DNA from: Candidatus Omnitrophota bacterium
GTDB taxonomy: Bacteria > Omnitrophota > Gorgyraeia > Zapsychrales > Zapsychraceae
DNA length: 64,000 bases
NCBI GenBank assembly: GCA_028280285.1
Contig: JANQMA010000026.1
Span: forward strand, 822 to 64,821
Direction of reading: 5' to 3'
This document shows, in pieces, positions 20,762-30,454 of this stretch. Each line of letters opens with the position of its first letter. The stretch's first letter is position 1. The notes under the pieces are model-generated. The model was not told the origin of the DNA, ran no database searches, and worked only from the letters and a program-made list of their open reading frames with translations. Made by a program: the position numbers and the translations under genes.

Positions 20762-21853
20762 ATGGCAGATAATAATCGTCCAAAGAAGATACTCTTTTTT
20801 CTCAACCACCCGGCTCATTTTCATTTGTTTAAGTTTATTATCCGGCGTCTTAGAGAAAAAGACTTTGACGTTATTATTTATATTGTCACCAAAGATGTAC
20901 TGGAAGACTTGGTCAAAGCAGAGGGGTGGGACTATGTTAATCTTTTCCCAAAGGGCAGACGCAGCAAAGTTTTGCCGAAGGTATTGTCGACGGCCCTTTT
21001 TATGCTGTTGACGCAGATCAAATTGTTTCTGAAGCTCCTTTTTAACAGAGTCGATCTTTTAATCGGCAGTGAACGGACCATTACGCATGTAGGGCGGATG
21101 CTTTTTATTCCGTCTTTGTATGTCAACGAAGATGATACGATTTCCATTGATAATTACATCACGTATCCTTTTGCGACCAAAGTCATTGTGCCGGAGTGTT
21201 GCGACCGTAACCGGTGGAATGGCAAAAAGATCACGTATAATGGCAACCATGAACTGGCATATTTAAGGCCTGAGCATTTCACCCCGGATGAAGCGGTGGT
21301 AAGAAAATTTAATCCGGGTATGGAACGGTATTTCATTCTGCGTCTGGTTTCTTTAACGGCCAGTCATGATATCGGCAAACAAGGGATCAATGATGACTTT
21401 GCCCGACGGATTATTGCCACATTAGAAGAGTATGGCAAGGTGTATATCACAGCGGAAAGACCTTTGGCCGATGAGTTTGAGCGCTATCGTCTTCCGGTGG
21501 CAGCCTATGATATTCATCATGTGATGTATTTTGCCGATCTTTTTATAGGAGATAGTTTATCGATGGCGATGGAGGCCTCTGTTCTCGGTACGCCTTCTTT
21601 GCGACTCAATGATTTTGTTGGTATCATCAGTGTTCTGAATGAAATGGATGAGGATTATGAATTATCGTATGGGTTTAAGACAGATCAAAAAGAAGAATTG
21701 ATAGAAAAGCTTAAGGAGCTTTTGGCTCTTCAGGATATTAAGGATGAGTGGCGACAAAAACGCGAGCGTCTTTTAAATGACAAGGATGATGTAGTAGGAT
21801 TTTTTGTTGAGACAATAGAAAAATACGCTAATAATAGAGTAATAAAAAATTAA
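20762..21853 (+). CDS. DUF354-like protein with a GT-B/epimerase-like fold, usually found next to UDP-GlcNAc 2-epimerase
   Basis: The N-terminus KILFFLNHPAHFHLFKFII resembles DUF354 proteins. It sits immediately upstream of a WecB-like epimerase. The family assignment is from memory of the motif. Confidence 0.5.
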   Translation: MADNNRPKKILFFLNHPAHFHLFKFIIRRLREKDFDVIIYIVTKDVLEDLVKAEGWDYVNLFPKGRRSKVLPKVLSTALFMLLTQIKLFLKLLFNRVDLLIGSERTITHVGRMLFIPSLYVNEDDTISIDNYITYPFATKVIVPECCDRNRWNGKKITYNGNHELAYLRPEHFTPDEAVVRKFNPGMERYFILRLVSLTASHDIGKQGINDDFARRIIATLEEYGKVYITAERPLADEFERYRLPVAAYDIHHVMYFADLFIGDSLSMAMEASVLGTPSLRLNDFVGIISVLNEMDEDYELSYGFKTDQKEELIEKLKELLALQDIKDEWRQKRERLLNDKDDVVGFFVETIEKYANNRVIKN

Positions 21854-21945
21854 GTGGTCTGTTGTCTGTGGTCAGTGGTCATAAACTAAAACTGATCACA
21901 GAGCACCGAACACAGAACACAAATGTTTACATTTATAGCTAATTC

Positions 21946-22992
21946 ATGAAGATTATTTCTGTAGTTGGAGCGCGTCCCAATTTTATAAAAATCAAGCCCG
22001 TTTTAGATGCCTTTGCCAAACGTAAAAGCATTAAGTCGATTTTGGTCCATACGGGACAGCATTATGATGCGCTCATGAGCCGTAAGTTTTTTAAGGAGCT
22101 GAATATCCCGAAGCCTGACATTAATTTGGATGCGGGATCGGGAACCCATGGTAAACAGACGGCTAAAATCCTTGAGAAATTTGAGCGTGTTCTTTTAAAA
22201 GAAAAGCCTGACTGTGTTTTGGTTGTCGGGGATGTTAACTCAACATTTGCCTGTAGTTTAGCCGCCAGTAAACTGGGTATTAAAATCGCGCATGTTGAGG
22301 CCGGTAAGCGCAGTTATAACCGGGCGATGCCTGAGGAGATTAACCGCGTTTTAACCGATCAGATATCCGATTATCTATTTGTCCCGAGCGCAGCGGAAAA
22401 GAAAATATTGCGCGGCGAAGGCATTGCCGCCAACAAAATTCATGTTGTCGGGAATGTCATGGCCGACACCTTGCTTGGCCTTAAACGCAAGGCTGTGAAG
22501 ACAAAAGATACGTATGGTGTTCTGACATTGCATCGTCCGCATAATGTGGATGATAAAGCCAGATTTAAGCAAGCGGTCAAAATTATTAACACAATTGCCC
22601 GGAAAACAGATATAATTTTTCCGGCACATCCACGGACGGTTAAACAATTAAAGGCGTTTAAATTAAAGGCAAAGTTGAGCAAGAATGTGAAGATGATTGA
22701 ACCTGTCGGATATAAAACTATGGTTAACCTGGTTGACGGGGCCCAATTTATTTTAACTGATTCCGGAGGGCTTCAGGCCGAGGCGGTGATATTGAAAACG
22801 CCGTGCATCACACTGCGTGATCAAACCGAGTGGACGGAGACGCTTGGCTGGGGTAATACGTTGACAGGCCTCAATGAACGCAAAATTAAAACGGCTGTCA
22901 ATAAGGCCTTGGCAGGCCAAGTAAAGTTTAAAACAATTCCCTATTGGGATGGAAAAAGTGCGGAGCGTATTGCGCGCGCACTGATGAAATGA
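21946..22992 (+). CDS. UDP-N-acetylglucosamine 2-epimerase, non-hydrolysing (WecB/MnaA/WbpI family)
   Basis: MKIISVVGARPNFIKIKPV...HTGQHYD...VVGDVNSTFA...HVEAG are hallmark epimerase_2 motifs. Confidence 0.85.
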   Translation: MKIISVVGARPNFIKIKPVLDAFAKRKSIKSILVHTGQHYDALMSRKFFKELNIPKPDINLDAGSGTHGKQTAKILEKFERVLLKEKPDCVLVVGDVNSTFACSLAASKLGIKIAHVEAGKRSYNRAMPEEINRVLTDQISDYLFVPSAAEKKILRGEGIAANKIHVVGNVMADTLLGLKRKAVKTKDTYGVLTLHRPHNVDDKARFKQAVKIINTIARKTDIIFPAHPRTVKQLKAFKLKAKLSKNVKMIEPVGYKTMVNLVDGAQFILTDSGGLQAEAVILKTPCITLRDQTEWTETLGWGNTLTGLNERKIKTAVNKALAGQVKFKTIPYWDGKSAERIARALMK

Positions 22993-23969
22993 TGGACAAA
23001 AATATCGGTATTATTGGTTTAGGGTATTGGGGCAAAAATCTTGTGCGGAATTTTGCCCAGATCGGTGTTTTATATGGTCTCTGTGATATTAATGAAGCAC
23101 AACTGAAAAATTTTTCCGATCAATATGATGTTAGTTTAGCGACGACGAATTCTAGTGATTTAATCAACGACAAATCGGTTAAGGCGGTTGTTATCGCCAC
23201 ACCGGCCGTAACACATTATACCCTTGTTAAAGAAGCGCTTGAGGCGGGTAAGGATGTGTTTGTTGAAAAGCCATTGGCGCTTCATGTCGATGAAGCCACG
23301 GAGCTTAAGCAGCTTGCCGATCAAAAACAGTGTGTTTTAATGGTTGATCATATTTTATTGTATCATCCGGCGCTTAAGAAACTTAAAGAGCTCATTGAAG
23401 ATGGCGCACTGGGAGACTTGCGTTATATTTATTCTAACCGTTTAAACATCGGCCTTTTGCGCAGGGAAGAAAATATTTTGTGGAGTTTTGCGCCACATGA
23501 TATTTCTCTTATTCTTCATTTAACCGCTCAGCGTCCACTGAGTGTTGAGGCATTTGGTGAGGCGTATCTGCAACCCGCTGTTTTTGATACGACGCTTATG
23601 AATTTGACGTTTGATCATAAACTAAAGGCCCATATTTATGTCAGCTGGCTCCATCCGTTTAAAGAACAGAAACTCGTTGTCATCGGCAGTAAAAATATGG
23701 CTGTCTTTAATGATATGGAAAAAGATAATAAGCTGATGCTTTATCCGCATAAGGTTGATTGGGTGGATGAAGTTCCCGTCGCGAATAGAGCGCAGGGAGA
23801 AGCGGTCGCTTTTGATGTAAAAGAACCTCTGCGCGAGGCCTGCTTGCATTTTTGTGACTGTATAAAAACGCGCAGACGCCCGCTGACGGATGGGGATGAG
23901 GCCATTAATGTCTTATCTGTTATTGCCCAGGCGCAAGAATCAGTGCAAAGGAATATACAACATGTCTGA
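22989..23969 (+). CDS. Gfo/Idh/MocA-family oxidoreductase (WbpB-like), copy 2
   Basis: The start is placed at ATG 22989 ([17 protein letters not shown]), which overlaps the epimerase stop in an ATGA junction. It is about 40% identical to copy 1. Confidence 0.8.
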   Translation: MMDKNIGIIGLGYWGKNLVRNFAQIGVLYGLCDINEAQLKNFSDQYDVSLATTNSSDLINDKSVKAVVIATPAVTHYTLVKEALEAGKDVFVEKPLALHVDEATELKQLADQKQCVLMVDHILLYHPALKKLKELIEDGALGDLRYIYSNRLNIGLLRREENILWSFAPHDISLILHLTAQRPLSVEAFGEAYLQPAVFDTTLMNLTFDHKLKAHIYVSWLHPFKEQKLVVIGSKNMAVFNDMEKDNKLMLYPHKVDWVDEVPVANRAQGEAVAFDVKEPLREACLHFCDCIKTRRRPLTDGDEAINVLSVIAQAQESVQRNIQHV

Positions 23970-24543
23970 GCAACAATATTTTGTGCATGAATCTTCTTAT
24001 GTGGACGACGGGGCAGTGATTGGCGAAGGCACGTCGATCTGGCATTTTTCGCATGTTATGAGTGGGGCGAAGATCGGGAGAAATTGTAAATTAGGTCAAA
24101 ACGTTGTTATTCATCCGACGGTGGTTATCGGTAATGATGTGAAAGTGCAAAACAGTGTGTCCATTTATGATGGGGTGATTTTAGAAAATAGTGTTTTTTG
24201 TGGGCCGTCATGTGTCTTTACCAATGTCGTCAGCCCGCGTTCGGCTTATCCGAAAGACTTAGAAGAGTATTCTAAAACGCTTGTAAAAAAAGGAGCAACG
24301 ATCGGGGCCAACGCAACAATTGTTTGTGGCGTGACCATTGGGCAATTTGCATTTGTCGGCGCCGGTGCTGTTGTTACCCGTAATGTGCCTGATTATGCGG
24401 TTGTCTACGGCAATCCAGCTATAGAAAAGGGCTACAGATGTGAGTGCGGAGAAAAAATCGATTTTACTGGTAGTGAAGGTGAGTGTCGGGGAAAATGTGA
24501 AAAGAAGTATCAAATTATAGAAGGGGTGGTGGTTGAAAAATGA
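23962..24543 (+). CDS. Left-handed beta-helix (hexapeptide-repeat) N-acetyltransferase (WbpD-like) with a C-terminal Cys-rich zinc-ribbon-like tail
   Basis: Hexapeptide repeats run through ...VVYGNPA. The start at MSEQQYF overlaps the upstream gene by 8 nt. The C-terminal tail is [26 protein letters not shown]. Confidence 0.75.
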   Translation: MSEQQYFVHESSYVDDGAVIGEGTSIWHFSHVMSGAKIGRNCKLGQNVVIHPTVVIGNDVKVQNSVSIYDGVILENSVFCGPSCVFTNVVSPRSAYPKDLEEYSKTLVKKGATIGANATIVCGVTIGQFAFVGAGAVVTRNVPDYAVVYGNPAIEKGYRCECGEKIDFTGSEGECRGKCEKKYQIIEGVVVEK

Positions 24544-25646
24544 GTATAGAATTTGTTGATTTAGTTGCGCAGTATAATAAGTATAAAACAGAAATTGATC
24601 GTAGCATTAATGATGTTGTATCCAAAGCCCACTTTGTTATGGGGCCGCAAGTAACTGAACTGGAAGAAAAATTGGCCAATTATGTTGGTGTCAAAAGTGC
24701 GATTGGCTGTGGTTCAGGAACAGACGCCCTGCAGCTTGCGCTGATGGCTTATAATATCGGCCCCGGTGATGAGGTGATTGTGCCGGCGTATTCATTTATC
24801 GCAACGGCGGAAGTAATCACTTTTCTCGGCGCCAAACCTGTTTTTGTGGATGTTGAAAAAGAGACATGGAATATTGATCCTGCAAAAATCAAGGCAGCCA
24901 TTACACCCCATACCCGTGGGATCATTACCGTTAATATGTTTGGCTTGCCGTGTGATTATGATACGGTCAATAAAGTTGCACGTGACGGCAATCTTTTTGT
25001 GATTGAAGATGCGGCTCAATCTTTTGGCGCGGAGTATAAGGGGCAGAAATCTTGCGGTCTGACGGATATTGGATGCACATCGTTTTTTCCTGCCAAGATT
25101 TTGGGGGCCTATGGCGACGGAGGGATGATTTTTACCGATAATGTTGAGCTGGCTGAGAAAATGAAATCTATTCGTATTCATGGCAAGGGGGGCAGTAAAT
25201 ACGACAATATACGACAAGGAATTAATTCCCGTCTTGATACTATTCAAGCCGCGATATTGCTGGTTAAATTTAACCACATGCAAGAAGAAATCACGTTGCG
25301 GCAAAGAATTGCACAAGCTTATGATAATATTCTCCTCGAACATGGTGATTTGCAAATTGCCCCGTCGGATATGCAACATACACGATGTAATTACTGTGTA
25401 TTAACGGCCCAACGTGATGTTTATAAAGAGGCTTTAACGGCCAAGGGTATACCTACACATATCTATTATATTAAGCCTCTTCATTTGCAAGAAGTATTTG
25501 ATAACTTGGGCTATAAACCAGGGGATATGCCGGTGACAGAAGATATTTGCCAAAGAAATCTTGCCCTTCCTATGCATCCGTTTTTATCTAGTGATGATAT
25601 CGCTCTTATCACGCAGACATTTAAAGAAACCAAGTTAGCTGTTTAA
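24540..25646 (+). CDS. DegT-family PLP aminotransferase (WbpE-like), copy 2
   Basis: Paralogous to the 18525 gene. It carries [11 protein letters not shown] and [22 protein letters not shown]. Confidence 0.85.
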   Translation: MSIEFVDLVAQYNKYKTEIDRSINDVVSKAHFVMGPQVTELEEKLANYVGVKSAIGCGSGTDALQLALMAYNIGPGDEVIVPAYSFIATAEVITFLGAKPVFVDVEKETWNIDPAKIKAAITPHTRGIITVNMFGLPCDYDTVNKVARDGNLFVIEDAAQSFGAEYKGQKSCGLTDIGCTSFFPAKILGAYGDGGMIFTDNVELAEKMKSIRIHGKGGSKYDNIRQGINSRLDTIQAAILLVKFNHMQEEITLRQRIAQAYDNILLEHGDLQIAPSDMQHTRCNYCVLTAQRDVYKEALTAKGIPTHIYYIKPLHLQEVFDNLGYKPGDMPVTEDICQRNLALPMHPFLSSDDIALITQTFKETKLAV

Positions 25647-25659
25647 CGACAATTGTTTT

Positions 25660-26703
25660 ATGAAAATTGCCATTGCCTGCGGACTATCTGATCATAAGCT
25701 TTCCAGTATCTTAAAGCCTTTATCCGCGTTGGGTTTTATCGACGGGATATCGTTAATCCGCCATAAAAAACTTGATTTTCCCGGCATTGTCTCACTTGTC
25801 CCCCCGGTCATTATCCGAAGCATTTTACCTCTAAGAGAAGTGTGCAGATGTGCCGTCCTCTTTTATTTGTGTTTAGCCAAAAAGGTTGATTATCTGGTAG
25901 GGATTCATTTTCGTATGCATTGTGTTTATGTGGGGGTGTTAGGGTGCGTGTTTAATCTTCCTTATTGCATGATGATTATTGAAGATCCGAAAAAATATCA
26001 TGGCAGTGCGATATTCCGGTATTTCGTGCAAAAGGCAGATAAAGTTAGCGTGCGTGGGGAAATCTCGAAGCAGTACCTGATTAACCAATGCAAAGCTGAT
26101 ACTAATAAGATATTTGTTCTTCCTGATGTCATTGATTTAAATGGCAACATCACCGGGGAGAAAGAGTATGATTTTATTTTTATCGGCAATATGGTGCAGG
26201 AGAAGCGGCCTGATGTGCTCATCGATATTTTTGATGCTCTTAAAAAAAAGGGATTGTCTTTTAAAGCCGCTATTCTGGGGCAGGGACCTTTAGCCAATCA
26301 GGTTCAGAAAAAAATAAACACCTGCGCCCTTGAAAGTCATGTTGAGTTTTTAGGTCATCAAGACAATGTTTTTGATTATTTAAAGAGGAGTAAATATTTA
26401 CTTATGACGTCTCAAACGGAAGGCCTGCCTGTTGTTATTTTGGAAAGTTATAGTTGTGGTGTGCCGGTGATTGTGCCGGATATTGCCGATATTTCTGATG
26501 TGGTTCAAGATGGGCAAACAGGCTTTGTGGTTGAGCGTTTAGATTTTGATCAGTATTGCGCTGTCTGCGAAAAGGCACTTAAGGACGATAGCGTTTATGA
26601 GACTTTAGCTAAAGGTGTTTGTGATTTTAGGATAAAAAATTCACAAAGGTATACCCAGCAAGAAGTTACAGATATTTGGCAGGGCGCTCTAAATAAGAGT
26701 TGA
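25660..26703 (+). CDS. GT4 (GT-B fold) glycosyltransferase
   Basis: The C-terminal domain has an EX7E-type motif, TSQTEGLPVVILESYSCGVPVI. Confidence 0.7.
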   Translation: MKIAIACGLSDHKLSSILKPLSALGFIDGISLIRHKKLDFPGIVSLVPPVIIRSILPLREVCRCAVLFYLCLAKKVDYLVGIHFRMHCVYVGVLGCVFNLPYCMMIIEDPKKYHGSAIFRYFVQKADKVSVRGEISKQYLINQCKADTNKIFVLPDVIDLNGNITGEKEYDFIFIGNMVQEKRPDVLIDIFDALKKKGLSFKAAILGQGPLANQVQKKINTCALESHVEFLGHQDNVFDYLKRSKYLLMTSQTEGLPVVILESYSCGVPVIVPDIADISDVVQDGQTGFVVERLDFDQYCAVCEKALKDDSVYETLAKGVCDFRIKNSQRYTQQEVTDIWQGALNKS

Positions 26704-26787
26704 ACTCACATATCTTCACATATATAATACACACCTCAAAGAAGCGACAGCCCCTAATTTATTACTATTAATATAAAGGAGTTACAG

Positions 26788-27108
26788 ATGCCAGCGCTAC
26801 AATTAAAAGAAGATACGTTTGAGACAGAAGTATTAAAGTCGGATATACCGGTCTTGGTTGATTTTTGGGCCGAGTGGTGTGGGCCGTGTAAAGCCATTGC
26901 TCCGGTTGTGGATGAGTTGGCCGATGAGTTAAGCGGTAAGGTCAAGATTACCAAGCTTGATGTTGATTCAGCCCAAGAACTTGCGATGAAATATAATGTT
27001 ATGTCTATTCCAACGATGATGATTTTTAAAAGTGGTGAGCCGGTTGACCAGCTGGTCGGCGCGCTTCCTAAGAATCAGATACTTGAAAAGATTAATGCGA
27101 ATTTATGA
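26788..27108 (+). CDS. trxA: Thioredoxin
   Basis: WAEWCGPCK active site, 106 aa. Confidence 0.9.
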   Translation: MPALQLKEDTFETEVLKSDIPVLVDFWAEWCGPCKAIAPVVDELADELSGKVKITKLDVDSAQELAMKYNVMSIPTMMIFKSGEPVDQLVGALPKNQILEKINANL

Positions 27109-27452
27109 TAATCGAAATTGTTAAATCCAAAATTGCCCACGCAACGATTAAAGAAGCGAACCTTCATTATGAAGGCAGCATCACGATCGATACGGACTTG
27201 CTCGACCAAGCAAATATTATTATCGGAGAAAAAGTGCAGGTGCTCAACATCAATAATGGAGAGCGCTTTGAAACCTATGTGATTGAAGGGGAAGCAGGCT
27301 CCGGCCAGATTTGTTTAAACGGTCCTGCCGCAAGGCTTGGTCTCGTCGGTGATAAAATTATGATTATCAGCTATTGCATGGTTGAGCGAGAAAAGGTAAG
27401 TTCAGTTAAACCGGTTGTTCTTAATCTCGATGATAACAATCAAGTGCGATAG
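27105..27452 (+). CDS. panD: Aspartate 1-decarboxylase
   Basis: KSKIHRATV-like N-terminus (KSKIAHATIKEANLHYEGSITID) with the Gly-Ser self-cleavage site, then ERFETYVIEGE and ICLNGPAARL. Confidence 0.85.
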   Translation: MIIEIVKSKIAHATIKEANLHYEGSITIDTDLLDQANIIIGEKVQVLNINNGERFETYVIEGEAGSGQICLNGPAARLGLVGDKIMIISYCMVEREKVSSVKPVVLNLDDNNQVR

Positions 27453-27489
27453 AAACATATCTAATCGTAATTACTAACTACCAAATAAA

Positions 27490-27996
27490 ATGTCCCAACT
27501 CAAAATACGCCTATATGGAGATCCTTGTCTTCGCCAAAAATGCGACACCGTGACGGATGTCGGTTCTGCCGAGAGAATGTTAATCCAATCAATGATTCAA
27601 ACAATGCACGCGCATAAAGGCATTGGTCTAGCCGCTCCTCAGGTTGGCATTAACCGGCGGATCCTTGTTATCGATATTAATGACGGGCAGGGGCCGCTGG
27701 CCATGATTAATCCTACAATTGTTAAGACAAATCGTTATGCGGATATGGAAGAAGGGTGTTTGAGCATACCCAATGTCCACATTGTCGTGGAGCGTCCTTA
27801 TGAAATTATTGTGCGTTATACCAATGCCGATAACAAAGAAGAGGAAAAACGTTTTACAGAGCTAATGGCGCGCGCAGTTCAGCATGAAATGGATCATCTT
27901 GATGGGAAACTGATAGTGGACTATGCGTCTGATGAGGAATTGGATAAGTATAGAGATAAACTGGAAGAAATAAAAAAGCAGGCCAAAAATAATTGA
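27490..27996 (+). CDS. def: Peptide deformylase
   Basis: Motifs GIGLAAPQVG, EGCLS and HEMDHL. Confidence 0.9.
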   Translation: MSQLKIRLYGDPCLRQKCDTVTDVGSAERMLIQSMIQTMHAHKGIGLAAPQVGINRRILVIDINDGQGPLAMINPTIVKTNRYADMEEGCLSIPNVHIVVERPYEIIVRYTNADNKEEEKRFTELMARAVQHEMDHLDGKLIVDYASDEELDKYRDKLEEIKKQAKNN

Positions 27997-27997
27997 T

Positions 27998-28070
27998 ATA
28001 AGGTTTCGGGTTTTAGGTGTTAGGTTTTAAAAAACAGACCTAACACCCAACACCTCAAACCTTACACCTA
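27998..28070. repeat. Intergenic palindromic element, GGTGTTAGGT family, copy 1
   Basis: ggttttaggtgttaggtttt is followed by cagacctaacacccaacacctcaaacc. The arms are complementary. Confidence 0.7.
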
Positions 28071-28072
28071 AT

Positions 28073-28981
28073 ATGACAAATAAAACTGCCAATATTTCAC
28101 ACAAGCTTCCAAGTTGGTTCAAGCAAGAACTGCCCGACATGGATAAAATCCGTGCAATGAAGGGCATGTTCCGTAAGTCCAAACTCCATACGGTTTGTGA
28201 AAGTGCTTTGTGTCCGAACATGGGCGAGTGCTGGGGTGCCGGCGTTGCGACGTTTATGATTCTCGGGGACATTTGCACGCGCGCCTGCCGTTTTTGTGCG
28301 ATTAAAGCAGGTCGGCCGCTTGCGGTTGATCCTAATGAACCGCAGGAAGTGGCTGAGGCCGTCAAACAGCTTAATCTGCGTTATGTTGTGGTGACATCTG
28401 TTGCACGGGACGATCTTCCCGATGAGGGAGCTGAGCAGTTTTATCAAACTATCACAGAGATCCGCAAATTAATGCCACAGACCAAGATCGAGGTATTGAT
28501 TCCGGATTTTTCCAACAAGATGCAAAGTATAGAACGTCTCATCGCCGCACGGCCTGATGTGGTGAGTCATAATATTGAAACGGTACGCCGTTTATCTGAA
28601 TATGTGCGTTCTAAAGCTTTGCATGACCGTTCACTTAAAGTATTGCGTAACTTTAAACGTATCGCCCCGGATATTATTACCAAATCGAGTTTTATGGTGG
28701 GGATGGGAGAAGAGCACGATGATATTGAAGCTGTGATGAAAGAGCTGGTGGAGGCCGGTGTTGATATTTTAACGATTGGTCAATATCTTCGTCCGACGGG
28801 GCTTAAGCGGCACATTCCGGTTGAGAAATTTTATACACCATCGGAATTCAAGTTTTATAAAGAGTTTGGTGAGCACACAGGTTTTAAATATGTCGAAAGC
28901 GGGCCTAAGGTGCGCAGTTCATTTATTGCCGAGGAAGGTTACCGTCGGTGTATTCAGATTTTGGAGGCAGCTTATTCATGA
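28073..28981 (+). CDS. lipA: Lipoyl synthase (radical SAM)
   Basis: CESALCPNMGECW and CTRACRFCAIK cysteine clusters. Confidence 0.9.
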   Translation: MTNKTANISHKLPSWFKQELPDMDKIRAMKGMFRKSKLHTVCESALCPNMGECWGAGVATFMILGDICTRACRFCAIKAGRPLAVDPNEPQEVAEAVKQLNLRYVVVTSVARDDLPDEGAEQFYQTITEIRKLMPQTKIEVLIPDFSNKMQSIERLIAARPDVVSHNIETVRRLSEYVRSKALHDRSLKVLRNFKRIAPDIITKSSFMVGMGEEHDDIEAVMKELVEAGVDILTIGQYLRPTGLKRHIPVEKFYTPSEFKFYKEFGEHTGFKYVESGPKVRSSFIAEEGYRRCIQILEAAYS

Positions 28982-29970
28982 CAGAAAAAATTAAAGGTGT
29001 TTTATCATTTATTTTGCGGTTCGGCTTAAGCGGACTTCTTTTGTGGTGGTTGTTCACCAAGATTGATACAGAGAAGACCATTGCCGTTTTAAAAGAGGCT
29101 GATCCGTTTTTTATCGGATTGGCTATCGCTGTATTTTTCGTTAACAATGCGATACTTATTTGGCGTTGGTTTGTTTTCATTGATGCTTTGGATTTAAAGG
29201 CCAAGGCGTTCGACATTATCCGTTATTATTTGTTTGGTTTGTTTGGTAATCTTTTTTTACCAAGTGCAGTGGGAGGCGACATTATTAAAGCGGTCGGGTT
29301 GTGTAGCCAAAGTGATCAGAAGCCGCGAGTGGTGGCCTCGATTCTCCTCGACAGATTATCGGGTTTTGTCGGGTTGGTTATCCTGGCTGTTGTGACCTAT
29401 TGTGTTGGATATAAACTTGTTAATGATCCGAGTTTAATGAAGTTTATCATTATTTTGGCTGTCGGGCCGTGTACGCTTGCGGTGGTTCTTTTTAATGAAA
29501 CGATTTTTCCTTTTGGATGCAAGGTTTTTGGATTTTGGCCGAAGCTTAAAAACGCTTTGATTACTATGCACGACGATATTCAAATGCTTAAAGGCAAACA
29601 AGCCCAAGGCTGGTTCGCGATTTTTCTTTCTGTTTTAGGGCAGTTTATTTTTTCCATTTGTTTTTTTCTTATTGCCCGGGCCCTTCATCAGGATGTTAAC
29701 TTAATTCACTTTTTAATCTTTGTGCCGATGATTTGTGTTGTGTCATCGCTGCCGTCTATCGGGGGACTGGGTGTGCGTGAAGTCGGCGCGGTGTATCTGT
29801 TTTCCAAAATCGGTATCGCCGAAGGAGTTTCGGTTAGTATTTCTCTTATGGTTTTTCTACTTATGGTATTAGTTGGTATTATCGGCGGAATATTTTATGT
29901 CACTACAGTATCTTCTGGACGGTTACAATCTGATTCACAAGATGGCAAATCTCAGCTCAAAGAAGCTTGA
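28978..29970 (+). CDS. Flippase-like / lysylphosphatidylglycerol-synthase TM-domain family (UPF0104) membrane protein
   Basis: Multi-TM protein starting MTEKIKGVLSF in an ATGA overlap with lipA. It has the family-typical GGDIIKA motif. Confidence 0.55.
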   Translation: MTEKIKGVLSFILRFGLSGLLLWWLFTKIDTEKTIAVLKEADPFFIGLAIAVFFVNNAILIWRWFVFIDALDLKAKAFDIIRYYLFGLFGNLFLPSAVGGDIIKAVGLCSQSDQKPRVVASILLDRLSGFVGLVILAVVTYCVGYKLVNDPSLMKFIIILAVGPCTLAVVLFNETIFPFGCKVFGFWPKLKNALITMHDDIQMLKGKQAQGWFAIFLSVLGQFIFSICFFLIARALHQDVNLIHFLIFVPMICVVSSLPSIGGLGVREVGAVYLFSKIGIAEGVSVSISLMVFLLMVLVGIIGGIFYVTTVSSGRLQSDSQDGKSQLKEA

Positions 29971-30364
29971 GGAGCAAAGAGCGGGGCTTATCCGCTATAT
30001 TGAACTTAAAAGCCCCCAAGGCAATAATTCTGTAACCATTGTTTTTGATGGAAAAGAAGATGTTTATTCGCCTGCCGTTGATTCGAAGGTCAGAATTATT
30101 TATACGAAGGGTGAGTCGGCGGATGAGAAGATCAAGAAGATGGTTAAGGCCTCTTCTCAGGTCAAGTCGATTGTTGTGGTGACTGATGACCGGGACATTC
30201 AATATTCGGTGAGAGCCGCCGGAGCTAAAATAAGCAGCGTACATGATTTTTTACATCAAAAACCAGCTCCCAAGTCGGGCCGAAGCCGTAAGGTGTCCAG
30301 AGAGTCTGAGCAAAAAATCAATGAAGAATTGAAAGATATCTGGCTAAAAGATAATAATGAATGA
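29897..30364 (+). CDS. NYN/PIN-like YacP-family predicted RNA-binding nuclease
   Basis: LLDGYNLIHK and VVVTDDRDIQ motifs. The start is placed at ATG 29897 and overlaps the upstream gene by ~74 nt. Confidence 0.55.
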   Translation: MSLQYLLDGYNLIHKMANLSSKKLEEQRAGLIRYIELKSPQGNNSVTIVFDGKEDVYSPAVDSKVRIIYTKGESADEKIKKMVKASSQVKSIVVVTDDRDIQYSVRAAGAKISSVHDFLHQKPAPKSGRSRKVSRESEQKINEELKDIWLKDNNE

Positions 30365-30366
30365 TA

Positions 30367-30442
30367 GGAGGTGTTAGGTTGTAGGTGTTGGGTGCTAGTA
30401 TACTAAAACCTAAAACCCAGAACCTAACACCTTTTATCATTT
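30367..30442. repeat. Intergenic palindromic element, GGTGTTAGGT family, copy 2
   Basis: The right arm ctaaaacctaaaacccagaacctaacacc differs by 1 nt from the copy at 51887. Confidence 0.75.
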
Positions 30443-30454
30443 TCTTTTACTACT

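Noticed and set aside
24792-25379. 195-aa minus-strand ORF opposite the second DegT aminotransferase
   Set aside because: The plus-strand DegT has clear family motifs. The antisense translation has no recognisable features.
28027-28447. Minus-strand ORFs 28027..28365 and 28097..28447 opposite lipA
   Set aside because: lipA on the plus strand is unambiguous (radical-SAM Cys clusters). The antisense ORFs are shadow frames.
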